DNA from: an uncultured virus (IMG/VR IMGVR_UViG_3300044641_005242)
Lineage: Duplodnaviria > Heunggongvirae > Uroviricota > Caudoviricetes
Virus record (IMG/VR): IMGVR_UViG_3300044641_005242
Location: 1 to 64,000 of that record
Strand: one strand, 5' to 3'
DNA length: 64,000 nucleotides
Positions within the stretch are counted from its first letter, which is position 1, and each line of letters begins with the position of its first letter. Made by a program: the position numbers and the translations under genes. The notes beneath the pieces are model-generated. The model did not search any database. It had not been told where the DNA came from and saw only the letters and a list, made by a program, of their open reading frames with translations. Below, one piece after another: positions 1 through 8,805 of the stretch.

Positions 1-2
1 CT

Positions 3-839
3 GGTAGCACTGGTACAAGTGGTAGTGCTGGTAATGTTGGTGGCGCAGGTGTTGCTGGTTTGAGTAGATTGAGTGGTTTGAGTGCTACAAGTGGTACAAG
101 CGGTAGTACCGGTACAAATGGTAGTGCTGGTGTTGCTGGTGGTAATGGTGGTGCTGGTGGCAGCAATACAAGTGGTATAGCTGGTACAAGTGGAACAACT
201 GGATCTACTGGTACAAGTGGTTTAGCTGCTCCAGCTGGAACAAGTGGTATAAGTGGTGGGTCATTTACTGCAAACAACAGAGTAATATATTCAACATCAT
301 CTACAACTCTGAAAGATAGTACATTCTTATATCATGATACTACAAATAGTAGATTGGGTATAAATGTTGCATCACCTACATTACCTTTGGATGTGACTGA
401 TCAATTAAGAGTAGGAAAAGTAAAAACAGGAACCTGGCCAGCAGCAGCGGGTTATGCTTACTGGGGAAATGAATCTTTGAATTTTGCTTCATTTGGAACG
501 TATGCTATACTTCAATTTACAGATGGTAATACATATGTAAACGCTGGATCAGGTGCTGCGTTGACTATGCGTATAAATAATAGTGATGGTATAATATTAA
601 ATTCAAATTTACGTACTGGCATTGGTTCTACTCCAGATGCAAATGGAAGACTATATGTTTATGGTGAAGGTAATACTAGCAACTTTTTATCTATAGCTAA
701 TTGTAACGGTATTGCTACAACAAGTAGTAGTGGTAGAACATTGGCAGGATATGTTCGTATATATATAAATAACACTGTGTCAAATTCAGGCGCAAATACG
801 TTTACAGCAGGTCAATATTATATCGCTGTTTATTCATAA
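3..839 (+). CDS. Tail fibre / collagen-like virion protein, 5'-truncated by the window edge
   Basis: The frame is open from position 3. Gly-X-Y repeats rich in GTS/GST/GAG are followed by beta-rich fibre repeats (RLGINVASPTLPLDV, RTGIGSTP). Confidence 0.75.
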   Translation, partial: GSTGTSGSAGNVGGAGVAGLSRLSGLSATSGTSGSTGTNGSAGVAGGNGGAGGSNTSGIAGTSGTTGSTGTSGLAAPAGTSGISGGSFTANNRVIYSTSSTTLKDSTFLYHDTTNSRLGINVASPTLPLDVTDQLRVGKVKTGTWPAAAGYAYWGNESLNFASFGTYAILQFTDGNTYVNAGSGAALTMRINNSDGIILNSNLRTGIGSTPDANGRLYVYGEGNTSNFLSIANCNGIATTSSSGRTLAGYVRIYINNTVSNSGANTFTAGQYYIAVYS

Positions 840-858
840 TCCACATATTTATTTGTAT

Positions 859-1140
859 ATGGATGGAATAAGATTTAGAATAGCCAGATGTGACACACTT
901 AACGATGACTTGCATATTCTTAAAAAAGTGATATGTTTCAGTGTTGAACGTGAGGATAATGTTGGTGAACAGATATCACATTGCATTCAATTAACTGGAT
1001 CGCAATGTATAGGTAAAAGTGTTGAAGAGTGTGTAGATGATGCATTTTTATTGATGAGTGGCTCTATATCTGTATCTGCAAACAAGTTACTTAGTTCAAA
1101 TACGAATGTGTTGAATTCATATTATATACCCAACATATAG
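859..1140 (+). CDS. Hypothetical protein (possible fibre-associated)
   Basis: ORF directly after the fibre gene; ATG at 859 is preceded by TATTTAT (846-852). Confidence 0.55.
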   Translation: MDGIRFRIARCDTLNDDLHILKKVICFSVEREDNVGEQISHCIQLTGSQCIGKSVEECVDDAFLLMSGSISVSANKLLSSNTNVLNSYYIPNI

Positions 1141-1145
1141 TTTTA

Positions 1146-2174
1146 GTGAAAAGTGTTACATTAAGTTCTTATTATAATTTTACATCTGGGTATGGTGAGG
1201 TTTTGAGGGTTTTGATAGAGAATTTACCGCAGAATGGATATAATATTATTCCAAGAACATATAGTATAATAAGTAGTGAATTTTTGCAATGTTTTGAAAA
1301 TTCTAAAAATCTTGATCCCAATTTGTTGGATTTTAGTTTGTTGAGTTTAACAAATGATTTGGGGTCATCAAATATGTTTTTGCAGATGGATTTTTCCAGG
1401 CCCCGCGTTTTGTACACAATGTGGGAAAGCACCAGAATCAACGATATGATGATTGAGGTAATGAACAAATATAAACACGTATGTGTACCTAATCATTATA
1501 ATAAAAACAACTTTATAAATCAAGGTTTAACTGCAAAAATCGATGTTATACCTTTGTTTTGTGACACGAATTTTTTTACATATAAAGAACACATTCCTAA
1601 TAAAAAGTTTGTTTTTGGTATTTCTAACGAAGATCCACGTAAGAATTTAGCTAAAGTCACCAAGTGTTTTCTAAAAGCTTTTAAAGGTTATAATAATGTT
1701 GAATTGCATGTAAAAACCAACGAAGTTATACAAAAGACATTTGACAATAAAATAAAGTATGTATCACAGAGATTGTCAAAATCTAGTCTTCGTGACTGGT
1801 ATTACAACATAGATGTTTATTTAAGTGGTGCTACATGTGAAGGGTGGGGGATGATGCAACAAGAAAGTATGTGTTGTGGCAGACCTATTATATATACAAA
1901 TTATGGTGGTTTATCTGAATTTGTTAAAAAAGAAAACAACTTTGAGGTTGGTTATGACGAAGTTTATAGTGAAAATTACTGGGGAGATTATGGCGGTAAA
2001 TGGTCGGAATTTAAAGAAGACGAGTTTATGGAGATGATGAAGTATTGTTACGATAACCAAGAGATTGTTGTTTCTAAAGGAAAACAAGCCTCAGAGGACG
2101 CATGTATTTACACCAAAGAGGCATTTATAAAAAACATAAGTAAAGTTATTGATCTATATATAAAGTATGATTGA
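1146..2174 (+). CDS. Glycosyltransferase, GT-B fold (GT4-like)
   Basis: SGYG N-terminal motif, YTMWEST, PRKN, and the EGWGMMQQESMCCGRPII (E-x7-E) motif. Confidence 0.85.
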   Translation: MKSVTLSSYYNFTSGYGEVLRVLIENLPQNGYNIIPRTYSIISSEFLQCFENSKNLDPNLLDFSLLSLTNDLGSSNMFLQMDFSRPRVLYTMWESTRINDMMIEVMNKYKHVCVPNHYNKNNFINQGLTAKIDVIPLFCDTNFFTYKEHIPNKKFVFGISNEDPRKNLAKVTKCFLKAFKGYNNVELHVKTNEVIQKTFDNKIKYVSQRLSKSSLRDWYYNIDVYLSGATCEGWGMMQQESMCCGRPIIYTNYGGLSEFVKKENNFEVGYDEVYSENYWGDYGGKWSEFKEDEFMEMMKYCYDNQEIVVSKGKQASEDACIYTKEAFIKNISKVIDLYIKYD

Positions 2175-2439
2175 TTCTAATAAGAAACCAATATTTGAAT
2201 ATTCTGACGCTGAATTAAAATCATTTGGGTTTGATATCCTTGAACAAATAGAATTTCTTCAGAAGGATTTATCCTTGTTGAGAATTGAATTATCTCGTCG
2301 GCGCGCGGCAAATGTTTTGTCGTCATCGACCACCGATGATTTACCAAATTTGTTTTCTAATCAGCCGCCCACAGATAACGTCAATATAACACCAAGTGTG
2401 ATGGTTGGTCAAGAATTAATAACTCCTGTTAAAAAATAA
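2167..2439 (+). CDS. Hypothetical coiled-coil protein
   Basis: ORF overlapping the upstream stop; amphipathic helix at the N-terminus. Confidence 0.55.
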   Translation: MIDSNKKPIFEYSDAELKSFGFDILEQIEFLQKDLSLLRIELSRRRAANVLSSSTTDDLPNLFSNQPPTDNVNITPSVMVGQELITPVKK

Positions 2440-2443
2440 TATT

Positions 2444-2722
2444 ATGGATAATACAATTAAATTTACTGAACAAGAAATGATTGAAATCGCAACTCTTCAA
2501 GATTCATATCAAGAAAAGATCTTTGCGCTTGGTCAATTACAGCTTGATGAAATTAATGCACAAAATGTGATTGATGAAATTAAAAATAATCGTACTGAGG
2601 TGCTTAAGAAATGGCAAGAATTGCAAGCAGTTGAACAAAAGCTTATTAATACATTGGCTGAAAAGTATGGTGATGGCAGCCTTAATTTAAAAGATGGCAC
2701 ATTCAAGCCTAATTTAAAATAA
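2444..2722 (+). CDS. Hypothetical coiled-coil protein
   Basis: Helical 92-aa ORF ending LAEKYGDGSLNLKDGTF. Confidence 0.65.
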   Translation: MDNTIKFTEQEMIEIATLQDSYQEKIFALGQLQLDEINAQNVIDEIKNNRTEVLKKWQELQAVEQKLINTLAEKYGDGSLNLKDGTFKPNLK

Positions 2723-2746
2723 ATTGACATCCTGTTTATATAAAGT

Positions 2747-2828
2747 ATAAGCAAATACAAGCGCTGTACGTTATTAATCTTCTTTATTCTTCTTTAATAT
2801 TTCAAGTTAAATAAGCACAACAAGCGCT
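2747..2828. repeat. Imperfect intergenic direct repeat ATAAGCA(AAT/CA)ACAAGCGCT x2
   Basis: Copies at 2747-2765 and 2811-2828; each ends in the palindrome AGCGCT. Confidence 0.55.
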
Positions 2829-2851
2829 TAGCTAGCTAATATTTATTATAA

Positions 2852-4015
2852 ATGATTAATAGCAAGTATAAGATTTACGTGGATATGGATGGTGTGCTTA
2901 CTGACTGGGAAAAGCAGTTTAAACGTTATAGTGGTGGCATACCTGTAGAAACTTATGAAGCTGAACATGGACCTGTAAAGCGTTATGAGTTTGTAAAAAA
3001 GAATAGTCCTGATTTTTATGCAACCATGGGTTGGATGGGTGATGGTAAGTTATTGTATAATTTTTTAAAAGACTTACCCATAGAAATATTAAGTCACGCA
3101 ACTGATCAAGGTGCAGTTGATGGTAAATTAACTTGGTTAAAAAATAACAATATAACAGCTAAGCCAAATTTGGTACCGCACCGTAAGGATAAGGCTAATT
3201 ATGCTAAATCTGATACTATCTTAATCGATGACAAACCAAACACCATTGATGAGTTTAATAAGGCTGGAGGTATTGGTATACTTCATACTGATGCGGTTAG
3301 TACCATTAATAAGTTGAAAGAAATACTTGGGGTTAAAGAAAAACATAGAATTTATAATAGTGTTTTGAATCCAGAAATTTGGAATGGTGATGTTTTAAAA
3401 CCCGAAGTGGTAGACAAAATGTTGAAGGTTGCTAATGCTTTTTACAAAGATACAGAACTTAATGTGCCTATTGAAGACATATACTTTTTGGGAAGTACTG
3501 CTGGATATAACTGGACTCCAACCAGTGATATGGATTTACATATATTAGTGGATTTTAGTAAGATCGACCCAAATAAAGAGTTGGTTAAGAAATATGTTGA
3601 TGCGTTGAAAAACAAGTGGAATCAAGAACATGATATTCATATTGGAGATCATCAAATAGAAGTTTATATACAAGATATAAACGATGTAAACAGAAGTCAG
3701 GCTGTATATAGTGTTCTTAATAATAAATGGGTTAAAAAGCCAAATTACCAAGATATTCAGGTTGACAAAGAAACTATCAAGAAGAAATATAGTCAGTATG
3801 TAGAGATGATCAACACAGCTATAAACCAAGGTGATGTAGACTTAATGAAGACCGTTATTAAACGTTTATATGACATGAGAGAAGCTGGATTAAGTAGTGG
3901 TGGTGAGTATAGTGTTGAAAATCTGGTATTCAAATTACTAAGATCAACAGGATATATTTCCAAACTAAGACAAAACGTAAAATCGGTTTACGATGCTGAG
4001 ATCAATAAAATATAA
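2852..4015 (+). CDS. Fusion of HAD-family 5'(3')-deoxyribonucleotidase and Pol-beta-superfamily nucleotidyltransferase
   Basis: N-terminus: YVDMDGVL (HAD motif I) and LIDDK. C-terminus: GS...SDMDLHI and IEVYIQD (nucleotidyltransferase catalytic acids). Confidence 0.75.
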   Translation: MINSKYKIYVDMDGVLTDWEKQFKRYSGGIPVETYEAEHGPVKRYEFVKKNSPDFYATMGWMGDGKLLYNFLKDLPIEILSHATDQGAVDGKLTWLKNNNITAKPNLVPHRKDKANYAKSDTILIDDKPNTIDEFNKAGGIGILHTDAVSTINKLKEILGVKEKHRIYNSVLNPEIWNGDVLKPEVVDKMLKVANAFYKDTELNVPIEDIYFLGSTAGYNWTPTSDMDLHILVDFSKIDPNKELVKKYVDALKNKWNQEHDIHIGDHQIEVYIQDINDVNRSQAVYSVLNNKWVKKPNYQDIQVDKETIKKKYSQYVEMINTAINQGDVDLMKTVIKRLYDMREAGLSSGGEYSVENLVFKLLRSTGYISKLRQNVKSVYDAEINKI

Positions 4016-4044
4016 AAAAAACATTAGATATTGAAACTTTACTA

Positions 4045-4052
4045 TATTTATA
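4045..4052 (+). promoter_or_regulatory. Putative late promoter element TATTTATA (tail tube gene)
   Basis: The same motif recurs upstream of 859, 2852, 4640, 6502, 8806, 16502, 26977, 34119 and 58741. Confidence 0.6.
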
Positions 4053-4078
4053 AATAAGAATCTTAAAGGAAAAAACAT

Positions 4079-4570
4079 ATGGCAGAACTACTAAATCCAT
4101 CAGAAATTTTTTATACAGCCTTTGAACCAAAGGTAAAAAATAGATTTATTCTATACGTTGATGGTATCCCATCTTTCGTCATCAAGAAATGTGATCGTCC
4201 AAAAATTACACAAGCTTCAAAAGAATTGGACCACATCAACATCAAGACCTACTACAAAGGTAAGACCACTTGGGGTACAATGACATTGGAACTATATGAT
4301 CCAATCGTACCATCTGGTGCTCAAGCTGTAATGGAATGGGTACGTCTACACCACGAATCTGTAACTGGTCGTGATGGTTATCAAGACTTCTATAAGAAGG
4401 ACTTGACCATCAATGTTCTAGGTCCAGTTGGTGATAAGGTAGAAGAATGGACACTCAAGGGTGCCTTTATCACCGAAGCTACCTTCAATGAATTGGATTG
4501 GTCCAACGATGGTGATGCTGTAACAATCAGCATGACTATTCAACCAGATTATTGTATTCTCCAATACTAA
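4079..4570 (+). CDS. Tail tube protein (T4 gp19-like)
   Basis: 163 aa with FEPKVKNRFIL, YKGKTTWGTMTLELYD, VMEW, EEWTLKGAF and LDW motifs; AAGGA RBS; followed by a terminator. Confidence 0.85.
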   Translation: MAELLNPSEIFYTAFEPKVKNRFILYVDGIPSFVIKKCDRPKITQASKELDHINIKTYYKGKTTWGTMTLELYDPIVPSGAQAVMEWVRLHHESVTGRDGYQDFYKKDLTINVLGPVGDKVEEWTLKGAFITEATFNELDWSNDGDAVTISMTIQPDYCILQY

Positions 4571-4589
4571 TATTTTAGTCATATGTTTG

Positions 4590-4618
4590 AAACCCCACAT
4601 TTATTTGTGGGGTTTTTT
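4590..4618 (+). terminator. Intrinsic terminator after the tail tube gene
   Basis: AAACCCCACA / TGTGGGGTTT stem followed by a T-tract. Confidence 0.8.
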
Positions 4619-4639
4619 ATTTTACCAATATTTATATAC

Positions 4640-5419
4640 ATGGATCAAGTAACAGTACTTTTACCAGGCGGATTTAAACCACCTCACATTGGACATCTAG
4701 GATTAGCTAACAAATTTGCTAGTCGTGGTGATGTAAAGAAAGTAATTGTGATGGTTGGACCAACTGAACGTGATGGTATAAATCGTCAACAGAGTTTAGC
4801 TATTTGGAACTTATTAACCAAGAATCCAAAAGTAGAAGTGGTAGCTGTACAAGATGATAATCCAATGAACGCTGCGTTTGGATATGTGTTTAACTTACCA
4901 AGAAATAGTACAGAAACCGTTGCATTGGGTGCTAGTGCAAAAAGTCCAGAAGATGCAAAACGTAGTAAGATATTTGCGGCTGCTATTGAAAGATATAAAA
5001 CAAAACCAACTAAAGATGGACTTTCGTCGCCAGTTGGTGTAAAAGTGGTAGATATGACCGACGATTCTCCAAGTAATTATGTTGGTAGAACAGATGATAA
5101 AAATGGTCAAAGTATAAGTGCTAGTACTCTTAGACAAGATTTATCTAATAATGACTTTCAAAACTTTACAACAAACTATCCTGGTGTTAAACCACAAGTT
5201 GTAAAAAGTATATATAAAATTTTAAAACCTATGAATGAAGCAAAAAAACAAAAGTTAAAGTTTATCATTAAAAAAATGATAAAAGAAGAAGATGGTTTTA
5301 TGGATGCGTTGGTAGGACCAGAATCCAAGTTTAAAGATGCTATAAATAAAATCAGAACTAGAGCTGGCGTTCTTACAAAAACAGCTCAAGCTGCGCAGAA
5401 AGCTGCTAAAATTAAATAA
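4640..5419 (+). CDS. HIGH-motif cytidylyl/adenylyltransferase-like protein
   Basis: PGGFKPPHIGH at the N-terminus and ISASTLR (SxT/SxxR) motif. ATG 4640 follows TATTTATA (4629-4636); the longer 4583 start overlaps the terminator. Confidence 0.75.
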   Translation: MDQVTVLLPGGFKPPHIGHLGLANKFASRGDVKKVIVMVGPTERDGINRQQSLAIWNLLTKNPKVEVVAVQDDNPMNAAFGYVFNLPRNSTETVALGASAKSPEDAKRSKIFAAAIERYKTKPTKDGLSSPVGVKVVDMTDDSPSNYVGRTDDKNGQSISASTLRQDLSNNDFQNFTTNYPGVKPQVVKSIYKILKPMNEAKKQKLKFIIKKMIKEEDGFMDALVGPESKFKDAINKIRTRAGVLTKTAQAAQKAAKIK

Positions 5420-5464
5420 AATAACCCAAATCTTTGGTTATTGTTCTATATATTATTATAAGTT

Positions 5465-6277
5465 ATGAGTGACGAAATTTCTATTACAAGACAATCATCA
5501 GCAAACACCAAGCCATCTGCGCCAACATTTCCAACTGAAATCATTGACTTACCAAGTCAAGGTAGATTTTATCCATCAAACAGCAAATTGTCTACTGGAC
5601 AAGTGGAAGTTAAGTTGATGACTGCTAAAGAAGAAGATATTCTTACCAGTCCAAATTTACTTAAAAAAGGACTTGCTGTAGAAAAGTTGATTGAATCCTT
5701 GATTGTTGATAAGGATATTGATTTGGATCAAATTCTTGTAGGTGATAAGAACGCATTGATTTTTGCAATCAGACGTTTGGCTTATGGTGACACATATGGT
5801 CCTGTAGAAATTACATGTCCAAAATGTTCTGCGGTAAATAAACAAAATGTAGATTTATCAGAAATCAACTACAAGGAAATTGATTTTGATGCATACCCAA
5901 AAGGTGTAAATGAGTTTGAATATACGTTGCCAACATCAAAACTAACAATCAAATTTAAGTTATTGACTGCCGGTGATGAAAAGATGATTGAACGTGATAT
6001 TGAAGGATTTGCAAAGTTAAAGAAGGAATCTTCAAGTGAAATAACCACCAGATTAAAGTATATGATTACCTCAATCAATGGAGATACTGATAAAGCCAAG
6101 ATCAAATCTTTTATAGATAATAACATGTTGGCAAGAGATAGTAGTGCGTTTAGACAACATGCAAAGGTTTTTTCTCCAGATGTTGATAGTCGATTTAACT
6201 TCTGCTGCACTGAATGTTCTAATCAAGAAAGGGTAGCCGTACCAATGACGGTCAGCTTTTTTTGGCCTAACTCCTGA
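5465..6277 (+). CDS. Tail assembly chaperone / baseplate hub assembly protein (T4 gp26-like)
   Basis: IDLPSQG, MTAKEEDIL, CPKC and CTEC zinc pairs, ending SFFWP; lies between tube and tape-measure genes. Confidence 0.8.
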   Translation: MSDEISITRQSSANTKPSAPTFPTEIIDLPSQGRFYPSNSKLSTGQVEVKLMTAKEEDILTSPNLLKKGLAVEKLIESLIVDKDIDLDQILVGDKNALIFAIRRLAYGDTYGPVEITCPKCSAVNKQNVDLSEINYKEIDFDAYPKGVNEFEYTLPTSKLTIKFKLLTAGDEKMIERDIEGFAKLKKESSSEITTRLKYMITSINGDTDKAKIKSFIDNNMLARDSSAFRQHAKVFSPDVDSRFNFCCTECSNQERVAVPMTVSFFWPNS

Positions 6278-6476
6278 GCACAGAGTTTATATACAACATG
6301 TAATTTTTGATTTGTGTTATTATGGTAATGGGTTTACCCCATCCGAAGTATACGCTTTACCTATTCATCTACGCAACTTTTATTATAAAAAACTCGTAGA
6401 TGTTAAGGAAAAAGAGAATAAACAATCCGAATCTAAACCTGCCAAGTCTAAAATAGATAAACCATCTTTTAGATAA
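6258..6476 (+). CDS. Frameshift-accessed C-terminal extension of the tail chaperone (gpT / gp51-like); absent from the ORF track
   Basis: Frame open 6249-6476 with no ATG/GTG: FFGLTPEHRVYIQHVIFDLCYYGNGFTPSEVYALPIHLRNFYYKKLVDVKEKENKQ...; begins at the T7 run 6257-6263. Confidence 0.7.
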   Translation, partial: FFGLTPEHRVYIQHVIFDLCYYGNGFTPSEVYALPIHLRNFYYKKLVDVKEKENKQSESKPAKSKIDKPSFR

Positions 6477-6501
6477 ATGGATATTTATTATTATATAATA
6501 T

Positions 6502-8793
6502 ATGGCAGCACCTACACCAACAGAGAAATCCGTAGCGGATTTAATTAAACAGCTAGAAAAAGCCAGAGCTGAAACACAATCATACTCTGAAACTTGGGCG
6601 GATGTTGGCAGAAAGATCAAAAATTCAATAAATCCACTCAAGGATGTAGAGAAAAAATTGGAAGCTCAAAGTATATTGGTAGGTCAATTGAGTGCAAATC
6701 TTGCCGAATTAGAACGTCAGCGTGATGAAGAAGGTCAACAAAACCAACATGTTATAGATCAAAAAAGATATCAACTTGCACTTGCAGAACAACAATTATC
6801 TGTATTAAAAAGACAAGCAACGGTAATGTCATTGATGTATGATACGCTTATAAAGCTTATAGATGCATATGATAAATATGATAAATTACTGGCAGATAAT
6901 GCTGTAAAACAGGGAATTAGTAGAGTTCAGTCTGAAAAACAAGCAATTATAATGCAACGTATTGTTGCTTCATCAACAAGTCTTGTTGTAAATTTACAAG
7001 AAGCACTTGAGGCGGTTGCTGAATTAAATAACAATCTTGGTGTAATGGCTGCGGAATATATGCCGATGGTTGCACAAAGAGCTGCGGAACTTTCACAATC
7101 TATTGGTATAAGCGCTACAGAAAGTGCTCAGTTTTTTGCTACATTAGGAGAAATCGGTAATACCAGTTTACAAGCTCAACAAAACATGGCTGGAGTAGCT
7201 GATGCGGCCGCAAAAGCTGCCGGGGTACCATTGGGTAAGGTTATTAAAGACGTAAGTGGGGCTAGTTCTAATGTACGTACAATATTTAGAGGCAACACGA
7301 TTGAATTAATCAAACAATCTGCTGAGTTGAGAAAGATTGGTAGTAGTCTTGATCAAGCTGCAAAATCGGCAGAATCGTTATTAAACTTTGAATCATCAGT
7401 TGGTGCTGAATTAAAAGCTAGTGCATTATTGGGTCAAAATATCAATTTTAATCAATCACGTAGATTGTTTTTTGAAGGTAAAATTGCTGAGGGTGAAAAA
7501 GCATTACAAAAAGAACTTGAAAGAGTTGGAGATATTGATAAGTTAAATTACTTCCAACGTAAGGCTTTATCTGAATTGACAGGCAAAGACATTAATGAAT
7601 TACAGAAGATCGGTTCTTTAAAGAAAACACAACAGAAAATTGATCAAGAAAATCCAGATCTTGCTAAGGAACGTCTAAAGTTAGAAAAAGAACTAGCAAA
7701 AGTTGCTGGATCTGAAGTAGAACAAAAGAAAAGAGCGAATGAATTGGCTGCTATAGAAAATGTAGCAAAAACAAGAACAGCTATTTTGGATGCACAAAAA
7801 GAACAAGCAATGTTGGCATTGGGTAAGGCTATGAAACCACTGATGGATATTGTTAGAGCTGTTCAAATTGTATTTTTTAAACTATTGGCAACCATTGCGG
7901 ATTTTGGTGGACCAGCAGGAATTGTAATAGCTGGATTGACTGGTTTAACTATTGCATTTTTTGCATTCAAGAAGGGTGTTAAACTTGTAGCAGACTTTTT
8001 AGCAGATGCTATGGGAAATGCTGCTCAAAAGGTGGGGGAAGGTATTGGTAAAGGATTGGAAGGAATTGGCAAGGGACTAAGAAACTTTGGAAGATCTGTA
8101 CAATTTTTGATTATACCACCACCAGCTATTCTTGCGATTGGTGTAATCACACTTGCTTTAATTGGTTTAGGATATGCTTTGAAATTAATTGGTCAAGGAA
8201 TTGGTGCGGCTGCTCCGGCAATTGCAGCAATATCAACATTGTTCTTGGGATTGGCATCAATTTTAGCCGATACATTAATGAAAGTTTTGGACAAACTACC
8301 AGAATTATTAGGATCTGTTACTACAAACTTGGTTAAGTTAGCACTTGTTGGACCTGGATTGGTTCTGGCGGCCGCTGGGGTTGGTGCTATGGGATATGCA
8401 TTGGGTGCTTTAAATGTTAGTTTACGATTGTTTCCATTAGATAGATTAACAAATATTACTACACAATTAACTGCGATGAGTGCAGCTGCTGAAGGAGTTT
8501 CGTTGGCAGTTGGATCACTCAAAGAATTATCTGGGGTTAAACTTCCAAATCTTGATATTAGTATTGATACAGAAGCTATTAATGCTCTAGCCAAAACCAA
8601 TGAAGCTAAGCGTGATGAAACAGCTATGTTGAAACAAGGAATTGATTTAGTAGCTCAAAGGATCGATGTATTGACTAGTATGATGTCCGCAGGAAAGATT
8701 GCGGTTTATATGGATAGAGTCAAGGTAAGTAAAGAATTGGCTGAAGGAACTTTAAAATTTGGAGTTTCTGGTCAAGCAACTAATGCAATCTGA
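6502..8793 (+). CDS. Tape measure protein
   Basis: Long Ala/Leu-rich helical protein with hydrophobic Gly/Ala segments; follows the chaperone gene. Confidence 0.75.
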   Translation: MAAPTPTEKSVADLIKQLEKARAETQSYSETWADVGRKIKNSINPLKDVEKKLEAQSILVGQLSANLAELERQRDEEGQQNQHVIDQKRYQLALAEQQLSVLKRQATVMSLMYDTLIKLIDAYDKYDKLLADNAVKQGISRVQSEKQAIIMQRIVASSTSLVVNLQEALEAVAELNNNLGVMAAEYMPMVAQRAAELSQSIGISATESAQFFATLGEIGNTSLQAQQNMAGVADAAAKAAGVPLGKVIKDVSGASSNVRTIFRGNTIELIKQSAELRKIGSSLDQAAKSAESLLNFESSVGAELKASALLGQNINFNQSRRLFFEGKIAEGEKALQKELERVGDIDKLNYFQRKALSELTGKDINELQKIGSLKKTQQKIDQENPDLAKERLKLEKELAKVAGSEVEQKKRANELAAIENVAKTRTAILDAQKEQAMLALGKAMKPLMDIVRAVQIVFFKLLATIADFGGPAGIVIAGLTGLTIAFFAFKKGVKLVADFLADAMGNAAQKVGEGIGKGLEGIGKGLRNFGRSVQFLIIPPPAILAIGVITLALIGLGYALKLIGQGIGAAAPAIAAISTLFLGLASILADTLMKVLDKLPELLGSVTTNLVKLALVGPGLVLAAAGVGAMGYALGALNVSLRLFPLDRLTNITTQLTAMSAAAEGVSLAVGSLKELSGVKLPNLDISIDTEAINALAKTNEAKRDETAMLKQGIDLVAQRIDVLTSMMSAGKIAVYMDRVKVSKELAEGTLKFGVSGQATNAI

Positions 8794-8805
8794 TATTTAT
8801 AATTA

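Noticed and set aside
2747..2828. Mini CRISPR array
   Set aside because: Only two short, imperfect copies (18-19 nt), too short and too few.
6256..6270. Canonical -1 frameshift at C TTT TTT
   Set aside because: The -1 frame reaches TAA at 6268-6270 after four codons; only the +1/-2 frame is open.
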